A stretch of DNA of 64,000 nucleotides from positions 3,488,001 through 3,552,000 of the forward strand of contig CAVWVQ010000003.1 of NCBI GenBank assembly GCA_963758525.1, given 5' to 3'. This stretch comes from an uncultured Phycisphaerales bacterium. Its GTDB lineage: Bacteria > Planctomycetota > Phycisphaerae > Tepidisphaerales > Tepidisphaeraceae. The translations under genes were made by a program, and so were the position numbers. How positions within the stretch are numbered: the stretch's first letter is position 1; each line of letters starts with the position of its first letter. The notes beneath the pieces were generated by a model, which worked only from the letters and a program-made list of their open reading frames with translations, made no database searches and was not told the DNA's origin. Positions 63,486 through 64,000 of this stretch are shown here, piece after piece.

Positions 63486-63800
63486 AAACTTACCGCCTTT
63501 CTGGGCGACGCATGGAGCGCCGAATCGAAGCGCGAACGGAACAAGCCGATTATGCCATCACTGCGAAATCAGTCAATCCATGCGTCAGATTTTGAGCGGC
63601 AAATTACGTGCCTTTTTTGAAATGTGCTGCAAAGAGCCCACTGAGCATGTGGGATATGCCGAAAATGCAGGCAGAACCGCCGGATGGCAGCGGAGCCGCG
63701 CGGACAACTCCAGCGCGCGGTGTGCCGCGGCTGATTGGATTCTGCGACATAAGCAGCGCATGCAGTCGCGCAACTTTATCGCGGAACCGACACGCAACGT

Positions 63801-64000
63801 TCAGCCAGGACGTGCTGTCTGGAGAGAGTGATCCGCCGCCCCCGGCTCTTTGATGGCTTCGAGCAGCTTCTCCACCACCTGATCGGCCCCGATTCCCTCC
63901 GCGTCCGCGTTAAAATTGGTGAACAGACGATGCCGCAGCACCGGCTTGGCCACCGCCCGCACGTCGTCGCAACCGACGTTCAGCCGCCCGTTGAGAATCG
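63801..64000 (-). CDS. MoxR-family AAA+ ATPase, C-terminal end (gene starts beyond the window)
   Basis: My translation: ILNGRLNVGCDDVRAVAKPVLRHRLFTNFNADAEGI...ARPG*. Confidence 0.85.
   Translation of the reverse strand, partial: ILNGRLNVGCDDVRAVAKPVLRHRLFTNFNADAEGIGADQVVEKLLEAIKEPGAADHSLQTARPG

Noticed and set aside
1..64000. tRNA, rRNA, prophage or CRISPR-Cas genes
   Set aside because: None recognised by eye; tRNAscan-SE and Rfam were not run.

Overview
GC-rich bacterial DNA, most likely Planctomycetota (Phycisphaerae-like). This rests on a DUF1559/H-X9-DG prepilin-like gene, a PVC-type CxxCH heme protein, exported HEAT-repeat proteins, topoisomerase VI and 'TQP'-rich linkers. Housekeeping genes include lysA, purM, pgeF, coaD, rplM-rpsI, glyA, rnpA-yidD and top6B-top6A. 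The most striking feature is an ~18 kb array (8.8-26.8 kb) of eight paralogous multi-membrane-spanning, TPR-tailed proteins. They carry the motifs of TMTC-type (GT-C fold) protein O-mannosyltransferases and surround a Ser/Thr-rich pilin-like gene; two of them are mosaic near-duplicates. Other items: a small toxin-antitoxin-like island after glyA with a decayed vapBC and an uncharacterised gene pair ending in a HEPN-like (RxxxxH) protein; a candidate stand-alone sRNA after rpsI; several REP/REPIN-type palindromes; a truncated IS1182-like transposase; and repeated signatures of leaderless transcription. About ten genes are split by apparent short indels, probably sequencing or assembly errors. 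All calls come from motif recognition by eye; no searches were run.
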